DNA of 37,938 nucleotides from Octopus bimaculoides (taxonomy: Eukaryota): the NCBI RefSeq assembly GCF_001194135.2, contig NC_068982.1:118755429-118793366 (forward strand). Reading direction: 5' to 3'. Shown in pieces: positions 1-13,267 of this stretch (position 1 is the stretch's first letter; every line of letters starts with the position of its first letter). Under the pieces are notes generated by a model. It saw nothing but the letters and a program-made list of their open reading frames with translations. It was not told the DNA's origin and did no database searches. A program made the position numbers and the translations under genes.

Positions 1-188
1 ATATAATACATGAACAATTGGAGCTTGTACGAAACGTACGTACTGCTGTAACCTATTGAATTTTTGTTGCTTTTCTACAAATTTTATTCACCAAATCTCT
101 TGATTTTGTTTTTGGTTTTTACCCTACCAAATTCTGGTGCCTCAAACATTTTAAGTACCACATTTAATCTTTTGATTAAATTTATATT

Positions 189-190
<2 letters not shown>

Positions 191-232
<42 letters not shown>

Positions 233-258
233 TGTGAGTGTGTATGCGCGCGCGCGTG
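191..258. repeat. (TG)n microsatellite grading into a short (CG)n
   Basis: Alternating purine-pyrimidine run read directly from the sequence. Confidence 0.95.
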
Positions 259-600
259 TGTGTCGTTTTTAGAATCCGGAAAATGAGTAGTGCACCCTAT
301 GTTTTTACTGGAGAAGGCCGGATTATGGGGTTACCCTGGGTTTCCCGTCCATTAAGGGTTTCACATTATAGCGTATCATCAGATCCCAAGACCTTTCTTA
401 GGGGAACACAAAAAAAGATGTGGATATATATATATATATATAAGCTTTAAAAGGAAATGTATTTTATAAAATCATTTTAGCATATTCTACCTTGACTTTT
501 TTCCATATATAGGGATAATTCACAAAAACAAAAAAAAAACAGACGATGAAGACAGGTGATGTAGACAACAAACAGATGTATTAGTATAACNNNNNNNNNN

Positions 601-658
<58 letters not shown>
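601..658. repeat. (AG)n microsatellite next to a 10-N gap (591-600)
   Basis: Read directly. Confidence 0.95.
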
Positions 659-662
<4 letters not shown>

Positions 663-1278
663 CTATTGTATCTTCTGTTAAGAACATAGTGGAGTACGGT
701 ATAATGTTCATCCACATTCATATTTACCCTGTGCTATCCAGCAGTAGTATTTTACGTACTTCTAGGATTGTGTTTGAGTATCTGTCGTGTGTAAATATAT
801 AATTTTTTCAATTATATGTGTGTGTTTCTCTTGCGTTGTGGAAGGATCAATAGAAATGTACTCAATGAAGTCCAGTGAGAGATATCCTTTAATGGACACA
901 GTATGATGATATGAAAATGTGAGGTGCTAATATTTTCTTCTTGTGGCGCTACTAGGCACATTATAAAAACCGGCCTAGCCACGTGCCACCACAGCGACAA
1001 ACTATTAGTGGCTCTCATCTTTATATCTTTCTACATCTACTGTGCATATTAAATTCTATATATATAATTAGGAAATTGTGGGAGGAGAGAAAGGGTGTAT
1101 GAAAGCCACAAGGTAATGGTGTGGCTTAATAAATTTGCACTCTCTAAGTTTGTATTCAATGTTCACCCTCTCGATCGTCAAGCTATCTTTTTCTCTTTCT
1201 TTCTAACTCTCTCCCTCTGTACACATTCATACTTCACTAGCAACAGCTGTTCCCTGTGGATATATAGGATTTGAAAGT

Positions 1279-1583
1279 GGATGCGCAATGGCCCAGTGGT
1301 TAGGGCAGCGGGCTCGTGGTCATAGGATCGTGGTTTCGATTCCCACACCGAGCGTTGTGAGTGTTTATTGAGCGAAAACACCTAAAGCTCCACGAGGCTC
1401 CGGCAGGGGATGGTGGCGAACCCTGCTGTACTCTTTTGCCACAACTTTCTCTCACTATTTCTTCCTGTTTCTGTTGTGCCTGTAATTCAAAGGGTCAGCC
1501 TTGTCACCCTGTGTCACGCTGAATATCCCCGAGAACTACGTTAACAGTACACGTGTCTGTGGAGTGCTCAGCCACTTGCATGT
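1279..1583 (+). mobile_element. tRNA-derived SINE, family A, 3'-truncated
   Basis: A box TGGCCCAGTGG (1289-1299) and B box GGTTTCGATTCC (1332-1343). The body from ~1355 closely matches the copy at 22123-22350 and stops after CCACTTGCATG, where that copy continues. Confidence 0.9.
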
Positions 1584-4500
1584 GAGAGTTGGTCAAAATT
1601 CTTTGCAATATTACCTTCATATTTCTACTTTCTTATTTCATATTCCACTGGCAGCCATTTTAATTTTTTCTTCGGTTAAATGAGCCACTTGTATCTGCTG
1701 AGTTTAATATAATTAATTGTTAGAAGCAATTATAATTGTTGTTGTTATATATTTTCTAAACACCGATAACTTGTAAATTTACATCATATGTCGTTGAGTT
1801 TTCAAGCATGTTTTAAATTTCGTTTTGTTAATATTAAAATACTCTCGAGTAGCCTAGGGTTTACAAACATTTAACCTCCTCTGCATAGATGAGAATCCAA
1901 TATTATTGTCTGTCATTTATAGGCATCGTACAAACATTTAATTAGAATGTCAACAAGTTTGACAATTTTCAAGGTAGGTTTGGTGGTGAGCAACCATGGA
2001 TGGTATGCTCTCTATAACCTTGAAGCTATCGCTATCTCTCAAACTGTTATTCGCTACGTACAGATGATGGACTTGCACAGACACTTTGCAAAGAGTTGTG
2101 GTACCGGCTTTAATCCATCTACAGATAATTCTTACATAGTACTAATAACTTTTATCTGCGAACAACAGTAACACCGTTGTGCAAATTAGAAAGGATGTGA
2201 TGTCATGACAATACTGTATTTAGAAAAGACGGTTAGAATAATACCGTAAAATAGCAACAACCATGAAAGCTGACACAATATAACCAACAGCAATAAAAAT
2301 ATTACATTCGCTATTTTAAGAAAGAAATATTTCTAGACCCTCTCAGGCAAATGAATGAGCAGCAGAACAACAAGAAACAAAAATAAAACTGACAAACCAA
2401 TAACACTAATAGCTGCAAATACTAGTAAATAAAACATGTCAAGTAACAAATATAAAATAAGAAATGGAAAACGTTAGAAATAAAAGAGAGGGGAAGCTAG
2501 ATATTAAATTGGTTACGTTTAGAAAGTTATCCTATCCACACTCTAGTTATACAATTTGTTCTCGACCTTGTCAACCAAAAGAAGCACCATAATTGACCTT
2601 TCCTAACTAAAATGAGCGTTTTTTAGACTCATAATAACGAGAGCTGTTCGATACGCTCAAGAGTAGTAGTAGTAGCTGCAGCAGTAGTGACAGCAACTGT
2701 TTCCGAAAAGTACATCTTGCAAAATCGCATAAATGTTATCAGCGCAGTGAACGGGTAGAAATTCTGTGGAATATTATTGGCTACAATATAAGTCACCGAC
2801 TGTTTTTATCTTAATTTTTTTTTACCTCCGTGATTAACAGACTATGATGCGAAATTTTCCTCATTAACCCCTTGTCCGTGAACTTCACCAACGAAATCAC
2901 ACCCATATTTTACCATTATCAACATGAACATCATTATTATATTTCTCTACATCGTTAACTGTATCACCTTAGCCATTATCATCAACAGCTGTATCACCAT
3001 TATCATACACATGAAATTCTTTACCATGACCTCCACGACGACCACCATCATCATCATTACCGGTTTTTCTACCTCATCGTCCACAACAACATATTTTCTT
3101 CATTAGAGTCACAATACGAACGACCAGCTACAATAATACTGCGCTGGAAACATATATAATTATCATAACCATTGGAGATATTCGTGTGGCAATATCTCTA
3201 TTGGATTTGTTTTTAGGTTACTTCTTTTTCCGAACACCACTAGCTTTCGTGTGTAATGTCCATTAGTACTTATAATTTATTCCTTTTATATGTAGTAAAA
3301 AATTTCAAATAAAATTATTCCACAATCATTCTTCCCGTATCTTCGACAATATACTCACTAATGTTTTATCGCTGAGATGATATTGTTTCTTCCTGTTTTT
3401 GTCTTTCCATTTTTATGGCTCATATCTGAATCCCCACCCCGAACTAGCTTAGTTACTTCAGTTGCTCCTCTACAGCATATGCGTCTGAAGGTTTAGGAAC
3501 ACATACACATGCACGAGCGCACACATTCAAACTTGCACGTATGCATACATAATTACACAAATACAAATTTATGCTGACAAGTAGGTGTAAACATGTTGAA
3601 TGTTCAAATCAGTCAATAACATCTACATTAATTTACTATATCATGTTAACACTTTTCAGTTTTACATTGTATTTTAATCATCTTCGCATAGAATTGTTCT
3701 CCTCTATTCTCATCCTTTTTAGTGTGTTTCATGTCCAACAAATTAGATATTGATTTCTTAAGTAAACATGTCAATTTATTTACTGCGTTTACTTATTCAT
3801 TTTGTTGTTATTGTTTATCACAAAGTGAACACTGATTGCTATCCATTTTGGGGATACTTTCATAACGGCATACATGCATACTTTCATAATGGCATAAAGG
3901 CTGTGCCTATAATATTTAGTATTCTTTCGAAGACAAGCGACGGAGCTCGTGGGTGATCCAAGGAATGATACGATTTAGTGCTCTTAGCAAAAAGTGTGCG
4001 TATAATAAAATCATAGACACGGAAGTGGGTTGGAGTGATTCTGAGGATGACTAAATTGCGAGAGACAATAGAGTAAAATAATTTGGGAATTTGATGGCAT
4101 GGATCAAATAAGTTTATAACCACTGGATGTTGCACAAAGTTAAGTTAAAATTCAAGGAAGGCATTTCTCCAGCAGTGGAGAGCTAGGCATGCTTCAATGC
4201 TTAAAGAAAAGAATAAAGTTAATAATAAAAGGCCGTTTTAAAAATGCTATAAATAAAATGTTTACTGGGAAATCTCTCTAGAAGCCTAGAAGGACAAATA
4301 TTTTTCACTAATATGTTTGCATAAAGATGAAGGCTCATTGGCAATATATCGGAATGACATTTTTAGGCAGTATAATGAAAAGAGTTCTCTTCGCATCAAA
4401 TGAAGAGTTTTTCGTTTGAAGTCCACAACTAAGAATATAATGCACAATAATCATACGAATATATCTTAATCAATAATGGATAAACTTAGTATTTCACATT

Positions 4501-4668
4501 AGATAAGGCTAACATCTATTTTAGTGCTTCGTAAATCATGTATTCTAAACATATATTACTAAATAAAGACCAAAAAGCTATCATTCGTGTTCATATTTGC
4601 ATATATACGTCAATGTACCTGTAGTTTGTGTATAGATGCACTCAGAGAAACACATACAGAAAAGAAAA

Positions 4669-4696
4669 CTCACACACACACACACACTCTCTCTCC

Positions 4697-4777
<81 letters not shown>

Positions 4778-4810
4778 TTTCTGTCTCTCTCACACACACA
4801 CACACACACA
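4669..4810. repeat. Compound (CA)n-(CT)n-(CA)n microsatellite
   Basis: Read directly. It generates the THTH/SLSL/RERE ORFs at 4581-4912. Confidence 0.95.
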
Positions 4811-7800
4811 TGCAACCAATGTGAAGTTATGACATTTTTACGAGCTGAGTCAACGGCTGTAAGATTGCGCTACTTAATAAGCAATATAAGATTTAATAGC
4901 AAAAATCAATAAACAAATATTTGAAATTTTATGTCAGGATGATTTATTAATAATTTTATTTCAGATAATTCCCACGCATAATACCTTATATATCGAAATA
5001 TATTTTGTAAATTCTTAAAGTACAATATACGTAAAAATGTGAATGCGAAAGGCTATAATCACTAATGCGATACTAAATAGATTTGTACTAAATGTACATA
5101 TCCTACTACGATACATCCTATCCGTTGACTTTGGAATTATATGTTGTATTAATGGAAGCAAGTAACACGATATATGTGGATCGTATAAGTATAATGTAGA
5201 AGGAATGTTATTTCAACAAGCCGTTTGTAACGACATAGCTTGGTCCATTATGTTTGAGTTTGTTGATTGCTTGCTATAATTACATTTTGTCGGAGCAACA
5301 AATGAAATGTCACAGAAATGTTGACCCATTTTCGACGTGGAATTTCTGCAAAGATGTGCAAATTGTGCGAAATGATTTAATAGTTGTTAAACACAGAATG
5401 CAGCCTTCTTGAAAATAAAGCTTCAAATTGGTATAAGTCTTGAACTAATTACTTATGTACCATTACGTTTCCTATTCTTGTTCTAATTCCAAATGTACCC
5501 TTAATTTTGTTGCACCTGCTAGAGCTTTGAAAATACATAATACTGCCATATATATTGATGTATCTGTCATTGTATATGGCAGTATGTATAGTAGAGGTGA
5601 CGGTCAAAATGCACCATGAACACTCTATATTGCCTTGTACTAATGCCTAGCGTAGGAACTTATACATTTGTGGTGAAAATGGAGATAATAGATTAGTATA
5701 CAGAAAATAAACAATTATTGTATGCAAATTATTAGCCCCAGTTGTTTGAAGATATTGGATTTGTCGTATATATATAACAGATTGGCTACATATTTTACTG
5801 GGATAGGTCAAGTAATAATGCATACACATTTGTTGAGTGTCAAATAAATCTTGAAAATCGATTCTGTTTATCATTTTTTTTTCGATCTGTGGAGAAATAA
5901 TTTGCCCTGTTTGTATGTCTTCTACGTTGGTTACATATACATTATCACAGAAGTCATCATGAATTTCGAAGATAGTTGAATGTAAGCTGGTCTAGTAAAC
6001 TGGGGAAAGGTCTGCTCCGTATTCAAATGTGACTCTCGTTTCAAATTTGAGCCATTTGCCTACGCTTCAACATCAATTGTTCTGAAACACAACTAATAAC
6101 ACAGCAGACTAGAAAGGTTTATGTTGTTAGGCTTGAATACACACATACATACACACATACAACCATATATAGTTAAGTATGCATTTACATATGAATTTAT
6201 AAGCTTATATGTATGTAAGTATGTATTTAACTGCATGTAATACTTATATAAACATCTATCTATAACAATATGGACACCTGTGGTTGCTTTATAAATCTAG
6301 ATTAAATCATCAACGAATACATATATCTCAAAGTTAGTTTCGGAATTGCTGGCATCAAGTTTGAATTTTAAAAAAAGTTATTTCATTGTAGAATCTAAGT
6401 GATGTCTTTTTATAACGGATGAAATAAACATTACAACTTTCTTTCAGGGCAGCTTATTGCTCTATATTCGCCAACAATGAGAGCTACATGCTGTTTTTAG
6501 ACCTCCAAGCTTTTCATTGATTTTTCACAAATAGTCTTGAAAGAGTTTGTCTACAAACCAATTCAAATGACTTGATCTCAATTGATGAATCTATCACTAT
6601 ATAGGAAATGTACTACATAAGTTTTAGATCTCAGTAAAGATTAGGTATCAAGTACATAGAAGTATGATTTTAAATTAAATTGCTGAACTCCATGCTTTGA
6701 ACCTTTGGGATAATAAATCCAAATATGACCACTGGTTACAGGAAGAGAGGTTATCTTTATGAAAGATGGGTAAGTGAGGAAACATAATTTATTACGGAAT
6801 TTCTGGTTGACAGAAAAAAACATCATCCTACCACCATTATAAGTAAAAAGATTATTTTAATGAAGTAGTTTAGCAAACGACTTGGAAAAACAATGCGTCA
6901 TATTTTTATAGGACATTCACTTGAGTGAGCGCATAAAAACATAAATCACTAATTTCTGATACCCTCAGATAATAATCTTTAAAACAATTACCTTCGTTTC
7001 ATAGATTTTGCGATGAACAGTCAGAATTAGTCCGTGTTCTATCTGTTAAGCGTTTTCTTGTCGATCATCAAGCTGAAAATTATTTCTAATTAATTCATGG
7101 CGTGTTCTCCAAGTTTAATGGACTTGACTGCAACATGAACACGAAGTTTCATAGTGTCTTCTTAGAATGCTTCGAAGACAATATTTGGTCTTTATACAAA
7201 GAGCGGAGAATTGAATTCATCAGCGTACGAAAGAGAAACAACTGGATTAGGACTTTAAGGAAGGTGTAAAGTACACAGGATCCAATATTATAGGTAGATC
7301 TTCGATTGGATTCTTCTGGAATATCTCAAAATAGAAATTCGGACTAAAGAAGCTTCTTACGCGCTAAGTGAATAATAATTTTATAGTTTGTAATTTTAAT
7401 TAGAATTAGTACAGTTCCTAATGTATTTAACGATGTATTGCTGAAATCACCTGATTTAGTTCCTTGTAGCCGTATTAATAGAATGCAGTATATTAATATT
7501 ATTGATATTGTTGCAGTGTGAAATTGATCATTAACTAGCTAGAGACGATTAGGTAAAAGGAATGTCGGCTTTGGAAGTGACTCGTGAAATAGACGCAATA
7601 TTCCTGTATTCTGTATTTTTCACTTGTCTATTCCAAAACCCATCAAACCTCTTTGTATGTCTTTGTCTTTCGTTAAAGATCTGGTTGATGAGAGATTTGG
7701 GCTGTTATTTCAAAGTTTTTGCCGCTGTTTGAAGATGCCTTATTTCATTTAAACACGACATTAATGCTTTTGGAAAAAGTCTAATTACCGCAATTTTTTA

Positions 7801-9474
7801 GATTACGTGACGAATGTATCGTTGGCCATATCTTCTATATTGTAAACAGATTTCCGTCGGTTGCAGCAATGAGTTTTCAGTCGTTTATGCAAGGGCGCTG
7901 CCTAACATTGAATTAGTTTATAAAAAGCTTAATTTTCCATGAAGCCGTATACCCTTGGAAATTACGTGATGGGTGTTTCAATTTCAGACTCATACTGATT
8001 GCCTATTTTCTTTCACAAGGATAGGTTCCAACAGATACAATGCTAGAAAATGCTTTCCCAAAATAACTATCAGCAGGAGCAATCCAGAAACATCAGAGCT
8101 TCGAGCGAGTTGCTAAACTACTTGCTGCTGTCAAATATTATTGGTAGAATCTTTAAAATCAAGCTTGACGCTTGTACTCAGAATATAAATATCTTCTACG
8201 AAGCAAATACAGTATTTTTTCTAAATTATAACGTTGTAAGGTCAAACAGCGTATGTGTTAATTTTGCCTTTTATGCACCCGGTGTCGATAAGATAAACCA
8301 CAATACAGAGCTGCTATTTGGCGGAATTCTAGTACGTTGGTAGTATGTCGACCACAACACAATGCTCATCTTGTTTAGTCTAGTTTCTTCTGTGTCTGCT
8401 TTCAATGTGCACAGCATATTGCCATTGACTTGAACAACATCCAAATATAGAAATGATTGACCGGGTTTCAGCGACAAAGGTAAATTTTAACATAACATCT
8501 TTAGGCAAGATGTTAAAATATACATGTTAATTGCTTTTGTCGCATAAACAGAGCAGATATCTGAACACCAGAAATACTCTACTATCTTGTTAACCTACTC
8601 TTGATGATTTATGTGTGTTACAAGTAAAAGTGTCTTAGCAAAGCATTAGAAACAAATTAGAAGTGATAGTGTGAATATTATGCGGTTGTATGATTTAATA
8701 TTTTGAACCTACCTTCCATGATTTAAATATGCTATCTATACTGTGACTAAAATATGGGCACCAACGTTAACTTATAAAGCCGTCCAACATTGGCCCACAT
8801 CTCTAGATATGGGCACAGGCTTTGAAATTATTGACTTATATTGTTTAACTGTCCGCATTATTCTATTCATTCAAAACTCAAACAAAACATATCTTTTTAT
8901 ATATTATATATTGTTCGACATATGTTTGTATGTCTTACGTTGTGCCAAATTTTATTGAAGTGGAATTCATTAAATTAAACCATATGCAATCATTCACTTC
9001 GGTCTTATTTCTTGTTTAGGAATCATAAGATTTATCATACATCAACAGGTCTAATTAGAAAGTGGTATACACAGTTTGTTTATTCAAAAGTTATTTCCCA
9101 TTGACCATTAATCATGAACTTGACAATAGGGAAACAACTTTTCAGAAATGCTGAGAATAACCAGATGTAAGTAGAGCGAATGCTGGACTTCAAATAGCTT
9201 GTTCAGACCAGACGAGCATTAGGATTTCAAATTATGTTTATGGATAGATGCTCCAAAATTTTGTGCATTTTACTCAATACAGGATTTACAATAAGATCGA
9301 GTATGCGACGAACCTACAGTTACCATCACAAGCAGTTTTACGTGAAGATTATTTACAATGAATAACAATTTAAGTAATGCTGCAAGCGGGATATGAAAAT
9401 CTATTTGTTAAATATTTACTTTACCATGTTTTAACAAGAAGTTGATATCAGTTCCTCTTACGCTACAAACTATA

Positions 9475-9597
<123 letters not shown>

Positions 9598-9708
9598 AGG
9601 AACAAACACACGCACACATAACATCACTCCCCTCATGCAGCCCGTACAAAAATTATCCTCATTGTTGCTATAGAGCAACAAATACATATTTCATATCCTG
9701 TACTCAAT

Positions 9709-11139
9709 CATGATGGGATTAAGTCTCATTTAGAACTCCTATGCCTAAATGCACGAAATTTGTGCAACAAAGTGCACCTTTTCGACTCCTACATGAAGCG
9801 TATTGAGCACGATTTCATCGCAGTCACAGAATCTGTGTTGGTGCTTTTAGCATAGCTGGTTACAACTTGTTTTGCGAAGACCGTTCTTATAGTCGTAGAG
9901 GTGGCGTGATGATCTACATTCGGTCAAACATTTCTGCAATTCCTTGTGATGATCTGAACAAATCGCAACACGAGGTACTCTTTGGCTAACTAGTCATAAA
10001 CGTGTCAACACTGATACCTGGAGTTGTCTATCGCCGACTAAATTACCATCAACACACACAAATTTTTGAAATACCCAGGGACGCATCTAGGAAAACAGCC
10101 ACTTATTTTTTTCATTGCTGGTGATATCAATTACCCTGAAATTGATTGGAAAGCTTCTCGTTGACGGCAAAATGCAGACGATTTCCTCGGTGTAGTACTG
10201 GATTCAAACTAGTCCCAAGTAGTCACTTTCCACACAAGACGTAATAATACTGTGGACCTGTTCTTTACCACCACTCTTGAAGCTGTCATTAGTGTTACAA
10301 CCAAAGAACCTCTAGGCGACTCCGATCATGCTATGATCATTGCCAATATGTCCCTTATAGTCATAAACAAAAAGCACCAAGACCTAAAAATCAATCGCTT
10401 TAAAAAGCAGACTGGAACTACTACTGTAATGCGTTACAACGCCCAAACCGGCTTCAGTTTCACGATTCTCCTTTGGGAGGAAAAAGCCCCGCCTTTACAT
10501 ACTCCCTCAACAATGCCAGTCTCAAGAAGGCTGCTAGTGAATGTCATCTGGGTATTATTGTAAACAGCGATCTCCGTTGGATAAACCACATCTCTAAGAT
10601 TGTAGGTGTCCTAGCATCACTCACTAAGACCTTTGTAAACCGCTCTCCAGCTATCTGTTTAAAATTGTATTCGACAATAGTACTTTCGCACTTTTCATAC
10701 CCATTCTGGAACCCCTACCTTGCACAGCATATGGATCTCCTGGAAACTGTTCAGCAACATGGAACAAAATGAATACCCACCGTCAGGAATCTATCATACT
10801 CTGAACGTTTAGCATTTGACTTGGTAGACACCACAAGATTATCAACGATCTTCCCAACAACCTTGCACACCGTTTTGAATTCCATATGTCAAACACTCGT
10901 GGACATGCTTACAAAATCCCACAAACAACACAGAACCCATGATTTTCGGAAACAATTTTTCACACTTAGAATTGTTCATGCATGGAATAAACTACCCGTA
11001 TCAGTCGTTAGCTGTCGGAACACTACATCCTTCAAAACTTCCATGCCTCTTGAAATCCTCCAATACTACACCTGATAGCATTTTTTCTTTCTCATTTGCA
11101 GCGCACCTGAGCACTATATACAACAAATTCTTTCATACC
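9709..11139 (+). mobile_element. Decayed CR1/L2-group LINE: APE endonuclease plus post-RT C-terminus, RT core missing
   Basis: Frameshifted translation gives APE motifs LCLNARNL, IAVTES, GGVMIYIR, GDINYPEIDW, NNTVDLFF, LGDSDHAMI, then KADW. It runs directly into LGIIVNSDLRW, CLKLYSTIV..PFWNPYL..DLLETVQ and KQFFTLRIVHAWNKLP, typical CR1-group C-terminal motifs. Multiple stops and frameshifts. Confidence 0.85.
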
Positions 11140-11162
11140 ACACACACACACATACACACGCA

Positions 11163-11214
<52 letters not shown>

Positions 11215-11395
11215 NNNNNNNNNNNNNNNNNNNNNNNNNNNNNNNNNNNNNNNNNNNNNNNNNNNNNNNNNNNNNNNNNNNNNNNNNNNNNNNNNNNNNN
11301 NNNNNNNNNNNNNNNNNNNNNNNNNNNNNNNNNNNNNNNNNNNNNNNNNNNNNNATATATATATATATTGTATAAATATATAAGTATGTATGTGT

Positions 11396-11450
<55 letters not shown>
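11138..11450. repeat. (CA)n/(CT)n, N gap 11215-11354, then (AT)n and (GATA)n
   Basis: Read directly. Confidence 0.95.
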
Positions 11451-13214
11451 CAAGCTTGTGTATGTGTTCGAGTGTATGCTTATGCGTTAACGTTGAATTA
11501 CTTGAGTTCATACTTTCAGGTCTCTGCTCTAGCAACGTATATAATTATGCATTCTTAACTCTGTCATCTTCCAGACTTCAGGAATATTTCTTTCGGGAGA
11601 TTTAATGCCTTCAGATGACACATTCCAAACTTTACCAACATTGCATTTCGTTTTTATTTCTTTGATCTGGAAGAAGCGGCTATCCGTATGTTCAGTTTAG
11701 GTTCTCCGAGATTGCTCAGAATTGATCAATCATCACTCCTCTTAAACAGTTACAAGTTGATAACTGCCGAAGAAAGTATGTACCGGTAGGAAATTCCAGA
11801 GAACCAATAATGTGTAGTACATGGACTTGTTATAATATTCAGTACAGTTCCTGATGGTTTAAATATATCATAATTCACTATACTTAGTGATACATGTGAG
11901 TGTGTAGAGTCTGAATTGAGTTCATTCGAGGCCATTAATTTCCGAGTGAAACGGTACCCCGTAATAGTAGTAAAAACATCAAAGAGGGAAACAAGGTATA
12001 CGCGGGAAGGAAGTTGAATGTTAATAACGCACGAAAAATATATTGTAATCCATACACTCTAATGTTTTCCTATCTATAATGATTTTGTACACGGTGAAGA
12101 TTTGAAATTATATGCGTCATATACAGTGACTCTTAGTCAGTGTTCGGGCATGTTGCCACTGATCACAAAAAACGTTTTTTGACAGTTCGTTTTTATGAAA
12201 GAGCTATAGCTTTGGATCTAGCGAACAAAAAGACTGAGTCTTTTTCATCAGGAATTTTATGAAACGCTCTCATTCTTATACTTTTCTGGAAACACTGACA
12301 GTGGAAAATCAGTGTTACCATTTCATAGAAAATTAGTTACTACGACTAACAATGATATTCTTGGAAAAATTCGGAAGCCGATACGAATAAACTGTTTATT
12401 TATGTAGAGCATTTGAATGTAGGGAAGCATGTGCCACTTCAACCAAGGCCTCTTCAACAAATTCACTAGAACGCCTGGAAATGATGTGTGTGTAGCTGAA
12501 GTGCCTTTCTACCCTCTTGAAAATTTCTTGAATTTTAGGTGTAAAATATTTACTATGAGCAGTTTAATTGATAATCGTTTCCAATTTTTTTAGGAGACTT
12601 TTCTCAAAGAAAGAAATTAACATCATTAGGATAGATGTGTTACATTATTTAAAATACCACAGAAACTTCATTACAACCCGCCACATTGCATTGGTGCAAG
12701 ACGTAATGACGGGGTAGTACGATTCACTTTTATTTTTCCGAGGGTAGTTTACTTTCATGAGAAAGATGATAGCAATTAATTCACGAGATGAGATCTAACA
12801 GGAAAAACGGCTGATACAGAGAGTAGAACGTCCCTAACAATAGACATATTGGCAAGTTTTATCCTATAGAGACCCTTATCGTTGCCAGCTTCAATTATTT
12901 CTATTTCCACGTCGAGATTTGGCGTGGAACGACATTCAAATTTTAGCTTTCATTAAGAAGATGGACGGAAATAAGCAACTCTGAAAAAGTTTTATATAAA
13001 TTATTCACGTTACAGTGTATTGTATGGTATTATACTCCTATATGAGATTTTTGAAAGGACATAGAAACTTCTTTTTTTTTCTGATGTGTTTGTTGTGGGG
13101 AGACTTTTAGATCTGTTTTCGAGTGTTTTATTTTTTTAGTGTTTTCCGCTTTTATTATTAATGACATTTATTTATATTTTCCTATTTCCTATTATTTCAT
13201 ACAAACAATATAAT

Positions 13215-13231
13215 AATAATGATGATGATAT

Positions 13232-13267
<36 letters not shown>
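13215..13267. repeat. (GAT)n microsatellite
   Basis: Read directly. Confidence 0.9.

Noticed and set aside
1279-1350. tRNA-like sequence with A and B boxes
   Set aside because: It continues into a repeated SINE body, so it is a SINE head and not a tRNA gene. The same applies to families B and C.
4581-4912. THTH/SLSL/RERE/CVCV ORFs here and at 9408-9687, 20334-20655, 21921-22295, 31935-32195 and 35458-35829
   Set aside because: Translations of simple repeats.
7007-7270. Plus-strand frame FCDEQSELVRV..RTLRKV and minus-strand VAVKSIK (kinase-like)
   Set aside because: In-frame stops and no other kinase or family motifs.
6863-8123. Perfect 14-bp inverted repeat AAGTAGTTTAGCAA / TTGCTAAACTACTT about 1.26 kb apart
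   Set aside because: No TSD, no transposase motif inside and no extension of the match. By rough estimate several such 14-mers are expected by chance in an AT-rich window of this size.
8050-8477. Overlapping ORFs 8050-8343 (+) and 8271-8477 (-)
   Set aside because: No recognisable domain. The bracketing plus-strand splice sites give stops in all frames.
11750-11935. ORF with TSPCTTHYWFS, vaguely C1q-like
   Set aside because: Lacks the G.FT.P..G.Y.F core. Similarity is too weak.
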